64,000 nucleotides of DNA from NCBI RefSeq assembly GCF_018977255.1, contig NW_024704742.1, positions 112,966,001 through 113,030,000 on the forward strand. Reading direction: 5' to 3'. This document shows positions 12,962-25,650 of the stretch, piece after piece. Within the stretch, counting starts at the first letter, position 1. Each line of letters begins with the position of its first letter. This DNA is from Callorhinchus milii (taxonomy: Eukaryota). The notes under the pieces are model-generated. The model did no database searches. It saw only the letters and a program-made list of their open reading frames with translations, and had not been told where the DNA came from. A program made the position numbers and the translations under genes.

Positions 12962-13256
12962 GGAGTCTTGTAGCTCTGTAGTTACAGCGCTCGCCTCACA
13001 AGCGAAGAGACCTGGGTTCAATTCCCAGGAGGGCAAAATGTTGGGAAGTTTCCTTACTTCACATGCCTCTGTTTACCTATCAGTAAGTAGGAACCTGGCT
13101 GTTAGTTGATTGACGGATCGCTTTTCCGGGGTTAATAATTCCTTCAAAAAAATAATAATAATAAATTGGTCGCTTCAATCCCAGATTGTTTGTAAGACAC
13201 TGCTGTGTGAAATTGGCTGCTACATTTTGCCCACAAAATGTACAGTCAATTCACTG
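12962..13256 (+). mobile_element. tRNA-derived Deu SINE, long subfamily, 3' truncated
   Basis: A/B boxes, central ctgtttaccta.cagtaagtaggaacc block, Deu core. Confidence 0.85.
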
Positions 13257-13359
13257 TTGAGACAGAGGTGGAAGAAAGCAATTCCATGTAGCAGCTTTCC
13301 CGACGTGAAAGGCACTATACAAATGTAATTTGTTGTTGGTGATCATGGACCAGATGTTA

Positions 13360-13803
13360 TGTGTCAGTCTGACTCTGGCTCAATTCTCATCTTTGAGTCA
13401 GAAGGATGTGGTTTCAAGCCCATGTTGAGACTTGGAATCTCATAGTCTAAACTGACACTGTAATGCAGTGCTAGGAGTTTGTTGCGTTGGCAGAGGTGCC
13501 ATCCTTCAAATGAGATGTTAGACCAAGGTCTCGTCTGTCCATTTAAGTGGACTTTAAAGATTCCACGGCACTATTTGAAATGAGAAGGGAGTTTCTCCTG
13601 GTGTTCAATAATCTCCCAAGTAAAATTTGTCCCTCAATCCATGGCTGTTTGTAGGATATTGCGGTTTGAAAACTGCCGACCGCATTTCGCCCACAAGATA
13701 CACAAGCAAACCAATTTACAGTATAATCTGTGAGTGCTTTGAGCCGTCTCAAAGATGTGATAAGGCTCCATATCAAATGCAAGGAGTATTGTTATTATTA
13801 TAT
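13360..13803 (+). mobile_element. Older Deu SINE (SacSINE1-like)
   Basis: ctttgagtcagaagg..gtgg.ttcaagccc head, ctgacact..a.tgcagtgct block, Deu core, (tta)n tail. Confidence 0.75.
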
Positions 13804-13910
13804 TGGGAGGAAACCTCAAAGCATTTCACAAGATTCAAAGTAAACTGTAGTGATTGTGTATTTTGTAGGCAAACACAGCTGATTTTTCCACGGCAACACC
13901 CCACAAAATG

Positions 13911-15031
13911 TGTCAGTCTGGCTCAGTGTAGCACTCTCGCCTCTGAGTTATGGGTTCAAGTCCCATGCCGGGACTTGGAATCAGACAGTCTAAGCTGACA
14001 CTCCAATGCAGTGCTGGGGGGTGTTGCATTGTTTGTGGAATATTTTTGTGTGCAAACTGGCTGCCGTATTTCACCCAAAAAATGCACAGTCAAACCACTT
14101 TACAGTATATCCTGTTGCGACAGTTTACACTCCTTGATTTGTGTGCAAATTTTAATAAAGCTTTCGTAGTAAGTGGCCTCTGTTCTCTCCTAACCCTGTC
14201 AGTGTGAATCCGTGTTTCAAAGGTGACTCGACTGAGTCAGAATTAATCACCCAGACTGGTATTTCCAGTTAACTCCAATGCCCAGTAACTGGGATGTCTA
14301 ATCGGAGGCTGCTCGCACTACCAGAACTTTGATGTCAACAGCTACTCTCTGAAATCCTTACTCCTTTTCTTGTTTTAGAATATTACAGGGACTCGAGGAT
14401 ACATTCAGTAGAAACAACAGTTCTTTATTAAGATCAAGTAACCCTAAGCTACCTTGTATTATAAGGAATACAACAATTTAAGATAAACAACAATGGGATC
14501 AAATATAACTAACACACATAACTATATCAACTTGCAGCACAATAGTACATTAGTAAAATAGATTGAAACCAACTCTGACTATGCAGTATTCCTGTACATG
14601 TCAGTGTTCCGGATGACAACCATTAGCTAGCGACTATGTTGAGTGCTGAGCATTGCTTTTTATAGGCACGTGGCTCCACCAAGCGTATGATGCGAATGCG
14701 AGGGCTTTTGCCCGCTTAAGCGCCCACTTGTTCTTCCACTCTCCAGGCTGCTTGTTAACTGACTGTCAATCAAACAGACCGGGTCCTATACATTCTTGCA
14801 ATCCGGGTACCTCAGGTAAGCTGTTTGCTAAGTCTTCTGCAACTAAATCCATTTAAAGGAGCAGGCCTCCCCATTTCCCCTTAAATAATATTATATGGTT
14901 ATATATATATATATTATTTACACATTACTACAAACTGGAAGAATAAGGTAACTGTGATACCGTGAAGCGCTTTGAGGCATCTTGACGATGTGATAAGGTC
15001 CTATATCAAATGCAACAAATTTTATTATCAT
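13911..15031 (+). mobile_element. Older Deu SINE split by a solo LTR
   Basis: Head and Deu core at 13911-14115; the tail resumes gaagcgctttgag at 14964. Confidence 0.75.
14116..14959 (-). mobile_element. Solo LTR, 844 bp
   Basis: 4-bp TSD ctgt/ccgt; imperfect terminal inverted repeat tgcgacagtttac / gtaactgtgata; minus-strand TATAAAA near 14660 and AATAAA near 14425. Confidence 0.72.
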
Positions 15032-15370
15032 TAAAAAATCCTGAAGTGAATGATCAGTAGGTTGGAAAATCAAGTAGTGTTAAAGTCCACTTGTACAGGC
15101 AGCAAGACCTCAATTTAACATCTCATCCAAAGGACGGCATGCCCAACATTGCAGTGTTCTTCCAGCACTGCACGGCTGTGTCAGCCTGTGTCATGAGCTT
15201 GAATTACAATCTCAAAGGCAAGGATGCGATTAAATGAACCAGACTGAAACCCTACGAAGGAAGTAAAAGCAACAAAATTCCATTGATGTATTTGTGACTA
15301 CATCAGTTGAGAATGCCATCTATCATTAGGTTCAGAGAGAGCACATACACCACATGTATCTGAAATGTAA

Positions 15371-15684
15371 TGTAGCGTGGACCCCCCCAAGCCAGGCAGT
15401 TACAGACTCACACGGAGACTCTCACTACAGCATAGGTTTATTCTAAGGTGGGGAAAACCCAGAGCAGCATCAGAACAACTGCAGAGAGATACAGACACCT
15501 GGACTTGCAGCTGTGGACTTTCTCCCGACGTGAAAGGCGTTATACAAATGTAATCTTGTTGTTGTTGTTGGACTTGCAGACCGTAACAGTATCCAGACAC
15601 TGGACAGAAATGGAATGAATGACAGTACACTTGTACATTTTCAGTTGCACAGTCAGTCTTGATGTACAATTTAGTAACTGCACA
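15371..15684 (-). mobile_element. Possible short LTR-like element carrying an L2 tail insertion
   Basis: Begins tgtagcg, minus-strand AATAAA near 15440, ends ...gcaca; no TSD found. Confidence 0.3.
15511..15568 (+). mobile_element. Extremely truncated L2 tail with 11-bp TSD
   Basis: tggacttgcag at 15500-15510 and 15569-15579 flanks ctcccgacgtgaaaggcg...(ttg)n. Confidence 0.85.
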
Positions 15685-15954
15685 ACCTAAGAAATGAGTG
15701 AAGATATGGGGAATAATATGTATATGGTTTACCGTGAAATTATGTACATGGATTGCGGAGATAGATTCATACCCACAGCCAACTGGAAAAATGTGATGTT
15801 TCTTATCAGGTTCAATAACACATCCACCAGCACATTGAAGGATGAAACTCCATCTATGTCAACTCTCTTTTCTTAGCATTTCAGAGCATCCAGAATTTGG
15901 CAAAATGTTGGCATTTAGTCTTAACTTTCATGCCAACATTTTGTAGTTTTAAAA

Positions 15955-16292
15955 GAAGAGGGCTTTATATAGAGTCAATCGGGAGAAATTATTTCCACTG
16001 GTTGGTAAGTCAGTGACTAGAGGGCATCAATTTAAGGTAACTAGTAAATGAGGTGAATGGGGAGGTTAAGAGAACTGTTTTCACGTACAGAGTCGTTAGG
16101 ATATTGAATGCCTTACTAGGAGCGATGGTTGAGACAGAATCCATACTAGCTTTCAAAAGTGAACTAGATAAATATGTAAAAAGGAGTAAACTACAGGGGA
16201 AGGGCAGGTTAATGGGACTGAAAAAATTAAAATAGTCAACACAGACATGATGGGGCAAATAGTTTTCTTCTGTACAGTGTGTTTCTATGGTT
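15955..16292 (+). mobile_element. CR1 3' fragment
   Basis: VFTYRVVRILNAL...FKSELDKY C-terminal remnant and CR1 3' UTR. Confidence 0.8.
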
Positions 16293-16432
16293 TGCTTGTC
16301 CCCTCTGCTGAGTTACCTCCTACTCTTTCCCTACCACCATCAGAGGCTGTGCCTCCAGTTGCAACTCCCCTACCCTTTGGAACTTTATCCCTCTATAACA
16401 CGATCTCACTCCCCCTCTTTTTATCTTTAAGT

Positions 16433-16802
16433 GGAGTCCTACAGCTCAGTGATTAGAGCACTCGCCTCGTAAGCGAGAGACCTGGGTTCAATTCCCAGCA
16501 GGGTGAAATATTGGGCGAGTTTCCTTACTCTACATGCATCTGTTTACCTAGCAGTAAGTAGGAACCCGGTTGTTAGTCAATTGGCAGATCACTTTTCCAG
16601 GGATAATAATTCCTTAAAAAACGAAAAATAATAAATTGGTCACTTCAATCCATGACTGTTTGTGGGACATCTCTGTGCGCAATTGGCTACCGCGTTTCGC
16701 CCACAAAATAATCGTCAATTTACTTTACAGTATACTCTGTGAAGGGCTTGAAGACATGATAAGGCACTATATCAAATGCAAGGACTATTATTATTATTAT
16801 TA
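16433..16802 (+). mobile_element. tRNA-derived Deu SINE, long subfamily
   Basis: Complete head, central block, Deu core and (tta)n tail. Confidence 0.9.
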
Positions 16803-17839
16803 ACTCCAACCTCAAATCCTGCCTCTTCAGACGCACCTACTTTTCTAAAAATTAAAATTATATTTAAGAATTTGCCAAATTCTGGACTCCCGGAAATATT
16901 ATTGTTAATATAATAATTCTAGAATCTAAACCCAGGTGGAATTTCTGTACCTTATCAATCATTGTATTTTACTCCATTTTTTTATTCAGAAAATCCATGT
17001 AAGTGTAGATGCTATGAAGTGTCTGTTATTTCATTCTTGAATTCAGCTTTGAGTATGTTGAATTGGGACCACAAACATTGTGAATTAATGAAATTGCTCA
17101 CAATTTATTTGATAGATGTTGGAAAGTGACCTTTCCCCTGAAACTATTGAAAGTCTGATCCAATAAATTGGTTTCTGTCAAGGAAAATAATTAGATACAA
17201 GCAGGTGTTGTTCAAAGCTGGGTTAAAGGTTAACAAATACAATAGTGTAGAATCATGTTTTGCTTTCCTTCACAGCAGTTATATAACTATTTTTGTAAAC
17301 CTATATACAATAAGTGCTCAGTGATGGTGCCTCTCAGATAATCTAGTTATTATATCAATGACATTGGCAGAAGAAAAATTACGGGCAAAAGAAAAATTAA
17401 GATCTTAAGAATAAAATACAATTTTTATTTACATAGCCGCTTTCGTGTCAGGAGAATGTCCCAAAGAAAGTGTGGAATGCAAAAAAGTGATTCAACCCAT
17501 AAAACCCATTCCTTCCACAGTCACTCAAATCCAAAGTTGTGGGTGTACGTCCCATGTTAGAACTTTAGACTCACAATTGAGACTGACAATTCTATGCATT
17601 ACTGGGTGGAGTGCTATATTGTCAGATATGCTGTATTTGGACAAGCCATTCACAAGATCGCTTTGCCCACAATTGATCTCATTATTCCAAAATACCCATC
17701 CTATACAAAAACATTCTTAGAATTGCTGTAAAGCCTTTTACAACAGGAAGGCTATAAAGGTCAGTAGCTGGGTGAAGGGAGCAGCCAATTTTGCGTACAG
17801 CAATGGCCCACAAAGAAACATGGGTTTACTCAAAGCTCA

Positions 17840-18238
17840 ATAAGGTCCCCTTTGAGACATATCTTTTCAAGGCTAAAGATCCTTAGCTTGTCTGATCCCC
17901 AGTCATTGCTTGTTCTTCTAACATTGGGGATCACCCTTGTTGCTCTCTCCTGTACTGCCGAGAACCTGGGTCCTAATGTCACAGTGAAAAGAATTGTATG
18001 CAGTATTCTAGGTGTAACCTGACGGGAACACTGTCAATTTGAGCAATTTCTGGGGATCTGACCTAAATTGATTTAGCAATGTATACCAACATTATGTTTG
18101 CCTTGTTTATTGCTTCCTCATACTGTTTTGACATGGGGAGCAATGAATCAACTGTCATCCCTAGATCTTTGTCAGCTTCCTCTTGACAAGTTCTGTTCCA
18201 TCCATGGAATACACATGCCTCCTATTTTTACTTCCTAT
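17840..18238 (-). mobile_element. Old CR1 RT C-terminal fragment
   Basis: Antisense text resembling PHLEYCIQF and DLG.TV motifs; highly decayed. Confidence 0.55.
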
Positions 18239-18244
18239 ATGCAG

Positions 18245-18792
18245 TAACGGCCGGTTTCCCATCCACTATCATCCATAAAATCTAACTCATTCAGAACTCT
18301 GCCGCCCACATTCTCTCCCGCACAACACTCCGCTCCCCGATTACCACAGTCCTTGCCAGACTGCACTGGCTCCCTATCCCAGAGAGGATCGACTTCAAGA
18401 TCCTCACCCTCATGTTCAAGTCTCTGGACTCCTCTGCACCCTCCTACCTCTCTGACCTCCTCTCTCCTCAAAACAGCACCCGTTGCCTTCGTTCCTCCGG
18501 ATCTGGCCTCCTCCTTGTCCCCCGAGTCCTCCGCTCCACCCTCGGCGGCCGTGCCTTCAGCCACTATGCCCCGAGGCTCTGGAACTGCCTTCCTCACTCC
18601 CTTCGTCTCGTCCCCTACCTTCCCATTTTCAGGTCTCTGCTGAAGCCCTTTCTTTTCGACCGCGCCTTTGGTCACCTTCCCCCCCCTCTCCCCCTGGCTC
18701 AGTCCCGGGATCAGTTACTGTAAAGTGCTCTGAGAAGCCGTCCGGCGTGGAGGGCGCTATATAAATCCCAAGTTGTTGTTGTTGTGTTGTTG
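18245..18792 (+). mobile_element. L2 LINE 3' portion, second family
   Basis: LHWLP..RIDFKI, GGRAFSHYAPRLWN; tail gtgctctgaga.gccgtccggcgtggagggcgct + (ttg)n; matches 43795-44505. Confidence 0.9.
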
Positions 18793-18839
18793 TAACTTGC
18801 ATTGAACTGTATTTAACTTAATTTACTAATATTCAGCTC

Positions 18840-19272
18840 ATAATAATAATAGTAATGCTTGCATTGGATATAGTGCCTTAGCTTGTCATCGAGACATCTC
18901 AAAGAGCTTCACAGGATATCACAACAACAAAAACAACATACATTTATATAGTGCTCTTCATGCGGGGCAAGCTCTCAGAGCACTAAAAGCGCTTATATAC
19001 TATAAAGCGCTTCACATGATGAATTGGATTGATTGTGTATTTTGTGGGAGAAACGCAGTATCCAATTGTGCCCAGCAATGTCCCACAAACAACCATGGAG
19101 TGAGTGACCAATTTTATTCGGGGTTTTGTTGGCCAGAACACCAGGAGAAAGCCCCTTCTCTTTTTGAATAGTGTCAAGGGATCTTTAACATCGACCTGAA
19201 CAGGCAGACGGGATCTTGGTTTAACATCTCATTTGAAGGACGATACCTCCGACAATGCGCCACACCCTCAGC
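18840..19272 (-). mobile_element. Deu SINE with a nested L2 tail (about 18920-18985)
   Basis: SINE tail, Deu core and ttggtttaacatctcat block. Confidence 0.7.
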
Positions 19273-20656
19273 GAATGTGTGTAAGACCTTTGTTGCCACA
19301 ATTCATTAAAACAAGTTCCCAATTCCCTGTTCTAGTGGACATTAAAAGATTCCGTGACAACATTTAAAAAGAGCAGGGAATTTCTCCTGATATTTTAGCC
19401 AAAAATCTTCCAGATAAATTGATCTATCAGTTATCATCACCTGGCCTCCTTCCCTCCACAGATAACACCATCTGTCTCTGCCTCAGCAGAGAGTGGATTC
19501 AAACCTGTGTTCCTTGACCTTGGAATGTATTGACCTTAAACTGTTCCAGCCGCAATAGCTTATTTTAAAGTAACACATTTTTAAGAACACAAGGACAAAA
19601 ATAATAGCCATTGTTATTCCAATTTATTTCATTTTATTTAATTCTGTGTGAGAACTTTGTTACTTCTTTTAAAATTGAAATATGTAGAAAACTTTAAAAC
19701 TAAACCTTAAATACCAATCCTAGAAGCTGAGTTGATTGTAATGCCTCATCCAAGATCAATCAACCAGATGCAGTCATTGGCTTTAATTTAGAATCTCTCA
19801 GATCAGTGTGGTTCAATAGTATCATGCTTGACATTGGACTTACTGACTGAGCCATTGGGTGAGGCTAGAAAGATATTCTATTGCCCCACTTTACCTGACT
19901 ACTGCAGTTTATGTCTTTGTATGTACAGAGCTACACTTCTTTAACATGCCTTACTACTCCCTGGATTAGATTGTTCTGTGTAGAAAGGACAGTCACCTGC
20001 TACATGAACCTTGTTAAATACAACCTCAGTTCCTTCCTTACTTTGACAGCGAGCTGACAAACCTACTATCCCAGCACCAGAACATTGTCTTTGTTAGCAA
20101 ACGCTCACATTTGTACCTGTTAAGTCATATGCATATCATCCAGTACAACAAAGTATGAATAGTCAATTCAATCGTTTCAATTGTTTCCATTGACCTAAAA
20201 TATTAACATTTTAAGAAATGAGCAGTGAATGCCATGTCACCCCAGTTTTAAATGAAATCCACCATGACGACAGATTAAGTGACTCAACATCAATTTGATT
20301 TCAATTCCACCTCAGCTTGAAATTGACAAATCTTTTGGCAGTCGACACAGTCTGCATGTCAAACAAGCTCTTCCTAAATCTTCTGTCTGCAATAAGCCTG
20401 CTTCAGCTGGGGGAATGGGTGAAGGTGATGGCTGTTTTTTTACTGAACTCTCCCAAACGAATGTGAGTTTCCTCAAATAAACACTCTCTGATGGTTAACA
20501 GGCAGAATTATTTCAGGTTGGGAAAGAAACATTTTCAGGAGCAGATGTCACACTGTAAAATGTCATTCTCTGCAGCAAAACTATCTAGTTATCCTTCTGC
20601 CTAGGTTTCCAATATAATTCTATGTGGGTTTAACATTTACTTTGTAACATAACAAC

Positions 20657-20752
20657 ATGTGTTCTGTGAAGCGCTTTGGGACGTCCTCCCGACGTGAAAA
20701 GCGCTATATCAAATGCAAGGATTATTATTATTATTATTATTATTATTATTTA
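20657..20752 (+). mobile_element. Young SINE 3' tail with long (tta)n
   Basis: gtgaagcgctttgggacgtcctcccgacgtgaaaagcgctatatcaaatgcaagg + (att)n. Confidence 0.85.
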
Positions 20753-21009
20753 TTGAAATAAAATCTGCCCTATAAATTTGTTTTGAGCTTCAGCATAATT
20801 TTATGCTTGATAGTAAATTAGAATAGTCATATGATACTCAGCTTCTATAGCACCTGTATGGCTGTACATATTCAACTGAATACTTGTTTAACTATTTAAT
20901 GGAATGGGCATCACTTTTCATCCAGCATATGGTCTCATTTTTGTGATGGATTCTGAATTAATAGCTGCTGAGATGGGGAACATAATTCTAATTTTTAGTA
21001 TAGTGCTTA

Positions 21010-21665
21010 ACCCTTCACACTGCTGAAACACTGGTCCACGTTTTTATCACCTTAAGGCTGGACTATGGGAACTCTCTCCTCACCGGCCTTCCCGGCACCT
21101 CCCTCCACAAGCTGAAAGTCATTCAGAACTCTGCAGCTCGTGTACTGTCCCGCACCAGGCTTCGCGACCACATCACTCCCACCCTCGCTCGCCTCCACTG
21201 GCTCCACATTCCCCAGAGAATCGAATTCAAGATCCTCATCCTCACCTACAAGGCCATTCACGGCCTTGCTCCCTCCTACCTCTCTGACCTAATATCCCCC
21301 TACTTACCTGCCCGTACCCTCCGTTCTTCTGGCTCCGGTCTGCTCCACATCCCCCGCCCTAACCGCCCTACCATCGGTGGTCGGACCTTCAGCCTCTCAG
21401 CCCCTAGGCTCTGGAACTCCATCCCCCAGTGCCTTTGCCGCCTCCTCCCTTTCCTCCTTCAAGGCCGGTTTCAAGACTTTCTCTTTGACAGTGCCTTCAG
21501 CTGCCCTCTCGACTCTCTACCCCCTCCTCGCTCCCTCCCTTCCCTCCCTTCACCCTGACCATTTCCCCCCTGCTCAGGTCCCGACCCAACTGTCCAGCGC
21601 CTTGGGACGTCCTCACGACGTGAAAGGCACTCTATAAATGAAATCTTGTTGTTGTTGTTGTTGTT
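21010..21665 (+). mobile_element. L2 LINE 3' portion, third family
   Basis: AETLVH, LHWL..RIEFKI remnants and (ttg)n tail; 3' UTR matches 31776-32140. Confidence 0.9.
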
Positions 21666-22119
21666 AACATATCATTGACCACCTCAAGAATTTCACAGGA
21701 TTTATTGTTGATGAACATGGCACTCAATTTGAGGGCAAAGATGTCCGACAAACAGCCATGAAGTAAATGACCAACTTTATCTCAGGACTGCTATCTAGAA
21801 GGGTCAGCAAACATTTTTGGGAAGTTAGACATTTAAGGCTAGATGGACAAATGTCTACTCTTGCCTGAAACTGAATTTTGCTACAGTAATTTATTATAGT
21901 TGATTCAAGGAAGCGTAACTTCTCTGATACAGTCTTGTAACCCGAGTTTTCCCAGTCTTATTTGGAAGATAAAGATTAGTTGAACAAACCAAAATGGAAC
22001 CTTTAATTTAACATATCCCCTTTTCCTAGATATTCAACCTACAATTTACATTGTGCATTCTTTAATGATGTGTAAACACATGTGTTAAGAAGGAATTACA
22101 GTGCTCTTATTTGTGGAAT

Positions 22120-22505
22120 TAAGGGAGAAACCCCCTTCTCTTTTTGAAAAGCACCATGGAATCTTTAATGTCCACCTGAGCAGGCACACAGGACCTTGGA
22201 TTAAAGTCTCATCTGAACGATAACAACTCGAACCAATTTACTGCACCTCCAATACTGTATTGCAATGTCAGCCTCCAGACTGTCATTTCAAAGACCCAAA
22301 GTAATAATCCTTTGTGTGAATCCATTTCTTTTAACTTTCCCCCTTATGTACTCCAATGGCAACTCTAAGCTTCATCTTTTGCTATTGATCCTCCTAAAGC
22401 TTTTCAGAACTTTGAAGACCTCGGTTAGATTCACTCTTAACCTTCTCTGTTCGAATGAAAACAGCCCCAATTTTTCAAGCTTATTCTAACTATAACTCTT
22501 TATCC
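22120..22505 (-). mobile_element. Deu SINE fragment followed by a CR1 fragment
   Basis: ccatggaatctttaatgtccacctga block; then antisense CR1 text aaccttctctgttcgaatgaaaacagcccc. Confidence 0.6.
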
Positions 22506-23433
22506 CTCGTACTTTGCAGAGTATTGATGCAAGCTCTGCTTGAAAGCATGAATAAATAAAGTGTCTTGTGTGCTCAGACATGAGTCAGTGCAAAGTTGAA
22601 CTCTCTGCAAATTCTCTCATAATAAAAATGGATCTTAATAATTGTAACACTGTCACTCAAGATTAATGTAAACAGGTCCAGTAGAGAGAATGGTGGAAAT
22701 CAAAATTCATCCTCAGAGCGTTGGACAGCAACCACAGCATAAATCCTGGCGAGCTAATTAACAGGGCAAGAGATAGACTTTTTAATATCTTTCTCAAAGA
22801 GTTTCCACCATTGTAACTGTGATCCTGAGTTACAAATCTCAGATCGTCTTAATCAGTTGCTGACTAAGGTTATTAAAGGCTATGTGCAATTTGAATCAGG
22901 CAATTTTACAGCCACAGTGCCTGATGAGTGTTCAAGGTGATGAGTTCTTCCATCAAATCAAAGGACTTAAAAGCATCCTATAATAAATTTGATCTGCATT
23001 ACAGAGTTAATTTGGAAACCAAATTCTATAGATAGATGTTTGATTCTGATTTCTTACATGCAATTCTGATTCTGTAATAGCATTTCAGATGTGTACTGGT
23101 TTGTCTTGATTACTTTTGTAATAAAAGAGATTGAACTCGAGCAAACTTGTCAAGAGGAAAGTCGAAAGAGAACTTGAGAGTCTCAATTGAGTTGTAGCTC
23201 ACCATGTGAGTCAGGCAATAATACACAAGGCAGTAATATGAGGCAGCAATAAACAACTATGGGGCAGATGCTTACAAATATTCCTTTATGCAAATGGTGA
23301 TTCACATTGGCATGGATTACCAGTTACTGGTGGGTGAAGCCAGGACCCTGGATTCATGGAAATTCAGTCTAATGCTGTAATGGGGAGACAATGGGATTGG
23401 TGTTCTGGAAGGATGTAATTAAATGGACTGAAG

Positions 23434-23962
23434 GAACATAGGAACATGAGTAGACCATTCAGCCCCTTGAGCCTGTTCCGCCATTCTATAAGATCATGGC
23501 TGATCTGTACCTCCCAACCTCAACCCCCCTTGCCCCATATCAATTGATACCCTTACCTAACAAATATCTATCCAACTCAGTCTTGAAAATTTGAATGGAT
23601 CCAGCCTTTTGGGGGAGCGAGTTCCTGATTTCTACTGCCTTTTGGGTGGAAAAACTGCCTCCTGATTTCACTTCTAATGGTCTAGCTCTAATTTTAAGAT
23701 TATCTCACCTTGTTCTGGATTCCCCTACCATAGGAAATAGTTCATTTGTATCTACCCTATCAAATCCCTTTATTATTTTAAAAACCCCAATCAGATTATC
23801 TCTCAAACCTTCTAGACTCAAGGGAATAAAGACCAAGTTTATGCAACCTGTCCTTATAATTTAATACTTTAAACCCTGGTATCATTCTGATGAATCTACA
23901 CTGAACCCCCTCTAGAACAATATATCCTTCCTGCACTGCTCAAAACTGAACACAGTACTCCA
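23434..23962 (-). mobile_element. CR1 3' portion (HER1-like)
   Basis: (ggaacata)n tail and ccattcagccccttgagcctgttccgccatt; homologous to 40240-40800. Confidence 0.85.
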
Positions 23963-25650
23963 CAAGGACCTCCTTTATCTTCACTTTTCTTGAGATCTTG
24001 TTATTTAATGCTCTATTCAGAAGTCTATGTTAGTCTACTGAAACACACCAACGTTTTTTGTTATATGTATTATAAATGCTACCCACGTGAAATGCACTTC
24101 ATAAATGCAAGTTGTTATTATTGTTGTTACAGTCCAGTAGCTGCATTCAATGGAAAGAGGATGACCACAGTACAATAGGAAGAATATAATTCTCAAGCCC
24201 ACATAATTCATGAATGAATCTAATTGTAATGCCTTGGTTATCAATTGAAGACTATGTACCACACCAACAACTTGCATTTATATAGTACTCTTTACGTAGG
24301 ATTGTGTCTCAGAGTGCTGATAGAGAATGTAGAGATTAAAGGGCAGGTTTATTCCATATGTAGCATTTTGGTTTGGTAGTCATTGTACTCCATCTTGCAG
24401 TTCTTTCTGCACAACATACCAAATCAGGAGCTGATGTAAAATACTGAGGAAACAGTTAAGGAAACAGAACAAACTACAGATGGTTTTCATCAACACAATA
24501 TTTTGTAAGTAAATTAAAAAGTACTAATGCGCTGTTTAATGGTCCATGAATAATATAGTGCAGCTCAAAGATAAAGCTACTTCCAAGTGATACATCAGAA
24601 GAGTAAATGTGTGTCAAATGCTGCAATTTCTTTCTGTTAGCACTGCCAATCAATTAAACATCAATATGTATTTCTCATTGATATGGTACATACAGAGCTG
24701 TACATACAAACACATGTGTTTTCAAGCTGTATTTGGTAACACCCAGTTCTCTTTAAATCACAAGATCACAATCGGTTTAGATGAAAAAGGCTCTTCAACA
24801 CATCTAGTTTCAGTTTTCAGGCATTTCCTATTTCTGTAGTCTACGTTGCATAAAAGAAATGTGTTTCCAACATATTGATGTTTCCATGTGTTGAGCCAAT
24901 TCAAAGGCATCATAAACAGTATTGAAACTGTTTTGTGCAATGCAGCATAAAAAACAAGCAGAGGAAGTTATATTCACATCAGTCCAGAGTTGAAGAACTT
25001 ATTTTGATCCTCTATTAAGGACGCACAGTCCTACACACTTATCTTAAACTCATTTATATCATCAGCCTGCCTATGTTGACAAAACATTGGACTCCCGGTC
25101 CCTTCCGTGTATAGAACCATGCAGAATTTCCCATGAATGTCGAGGTCGACGTAAACTTTGGGATGCTTATGCCGACAAATAATTCTAATCCCTTAGAGTA
25201 CTACATGCAGTGTGTTATTACTACTTAAGTCAAAGGCCATCATTCTCACATTTGACACATGAGTCAGTGATTGAGTGATTGAGTAAGTGTGGCTCGTGCA
25301 TGCAGGAGTGATTGTATGGCACATATTAAGATAATTAGACCTCTAAAGTAGCCACATTGCGAGTGCCATTTATACGGCTCTACCACGATGGATACCATGA
25401 CTTGAGTGAAATGTAAACTTGAATTGAAAATGCTGAAGGATAAATTTCATGCAAATACAGCAATTGAGAGTAGAAAGTCCAGAAAACAGGACTACAAAAG
25501 CTTCTCTGTGAAGCACAAAACCTCACATGGATGGTTGAAATCGGCCAAATGCGTAAAGGCTAAGTGCAAAGCATGGACATTCGATTTGCAGATAAAGAAA
25601 ACAAACACAATGACATTTGAAGGCATTGAGGATGCATAGCTCAGTCCTGT

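Noticed and set aside
22689..22812. 11-bp inverted repeats here and at 60549-60676
   Set aside because: Short, with no convincing pairing between the arms; compatible with chance
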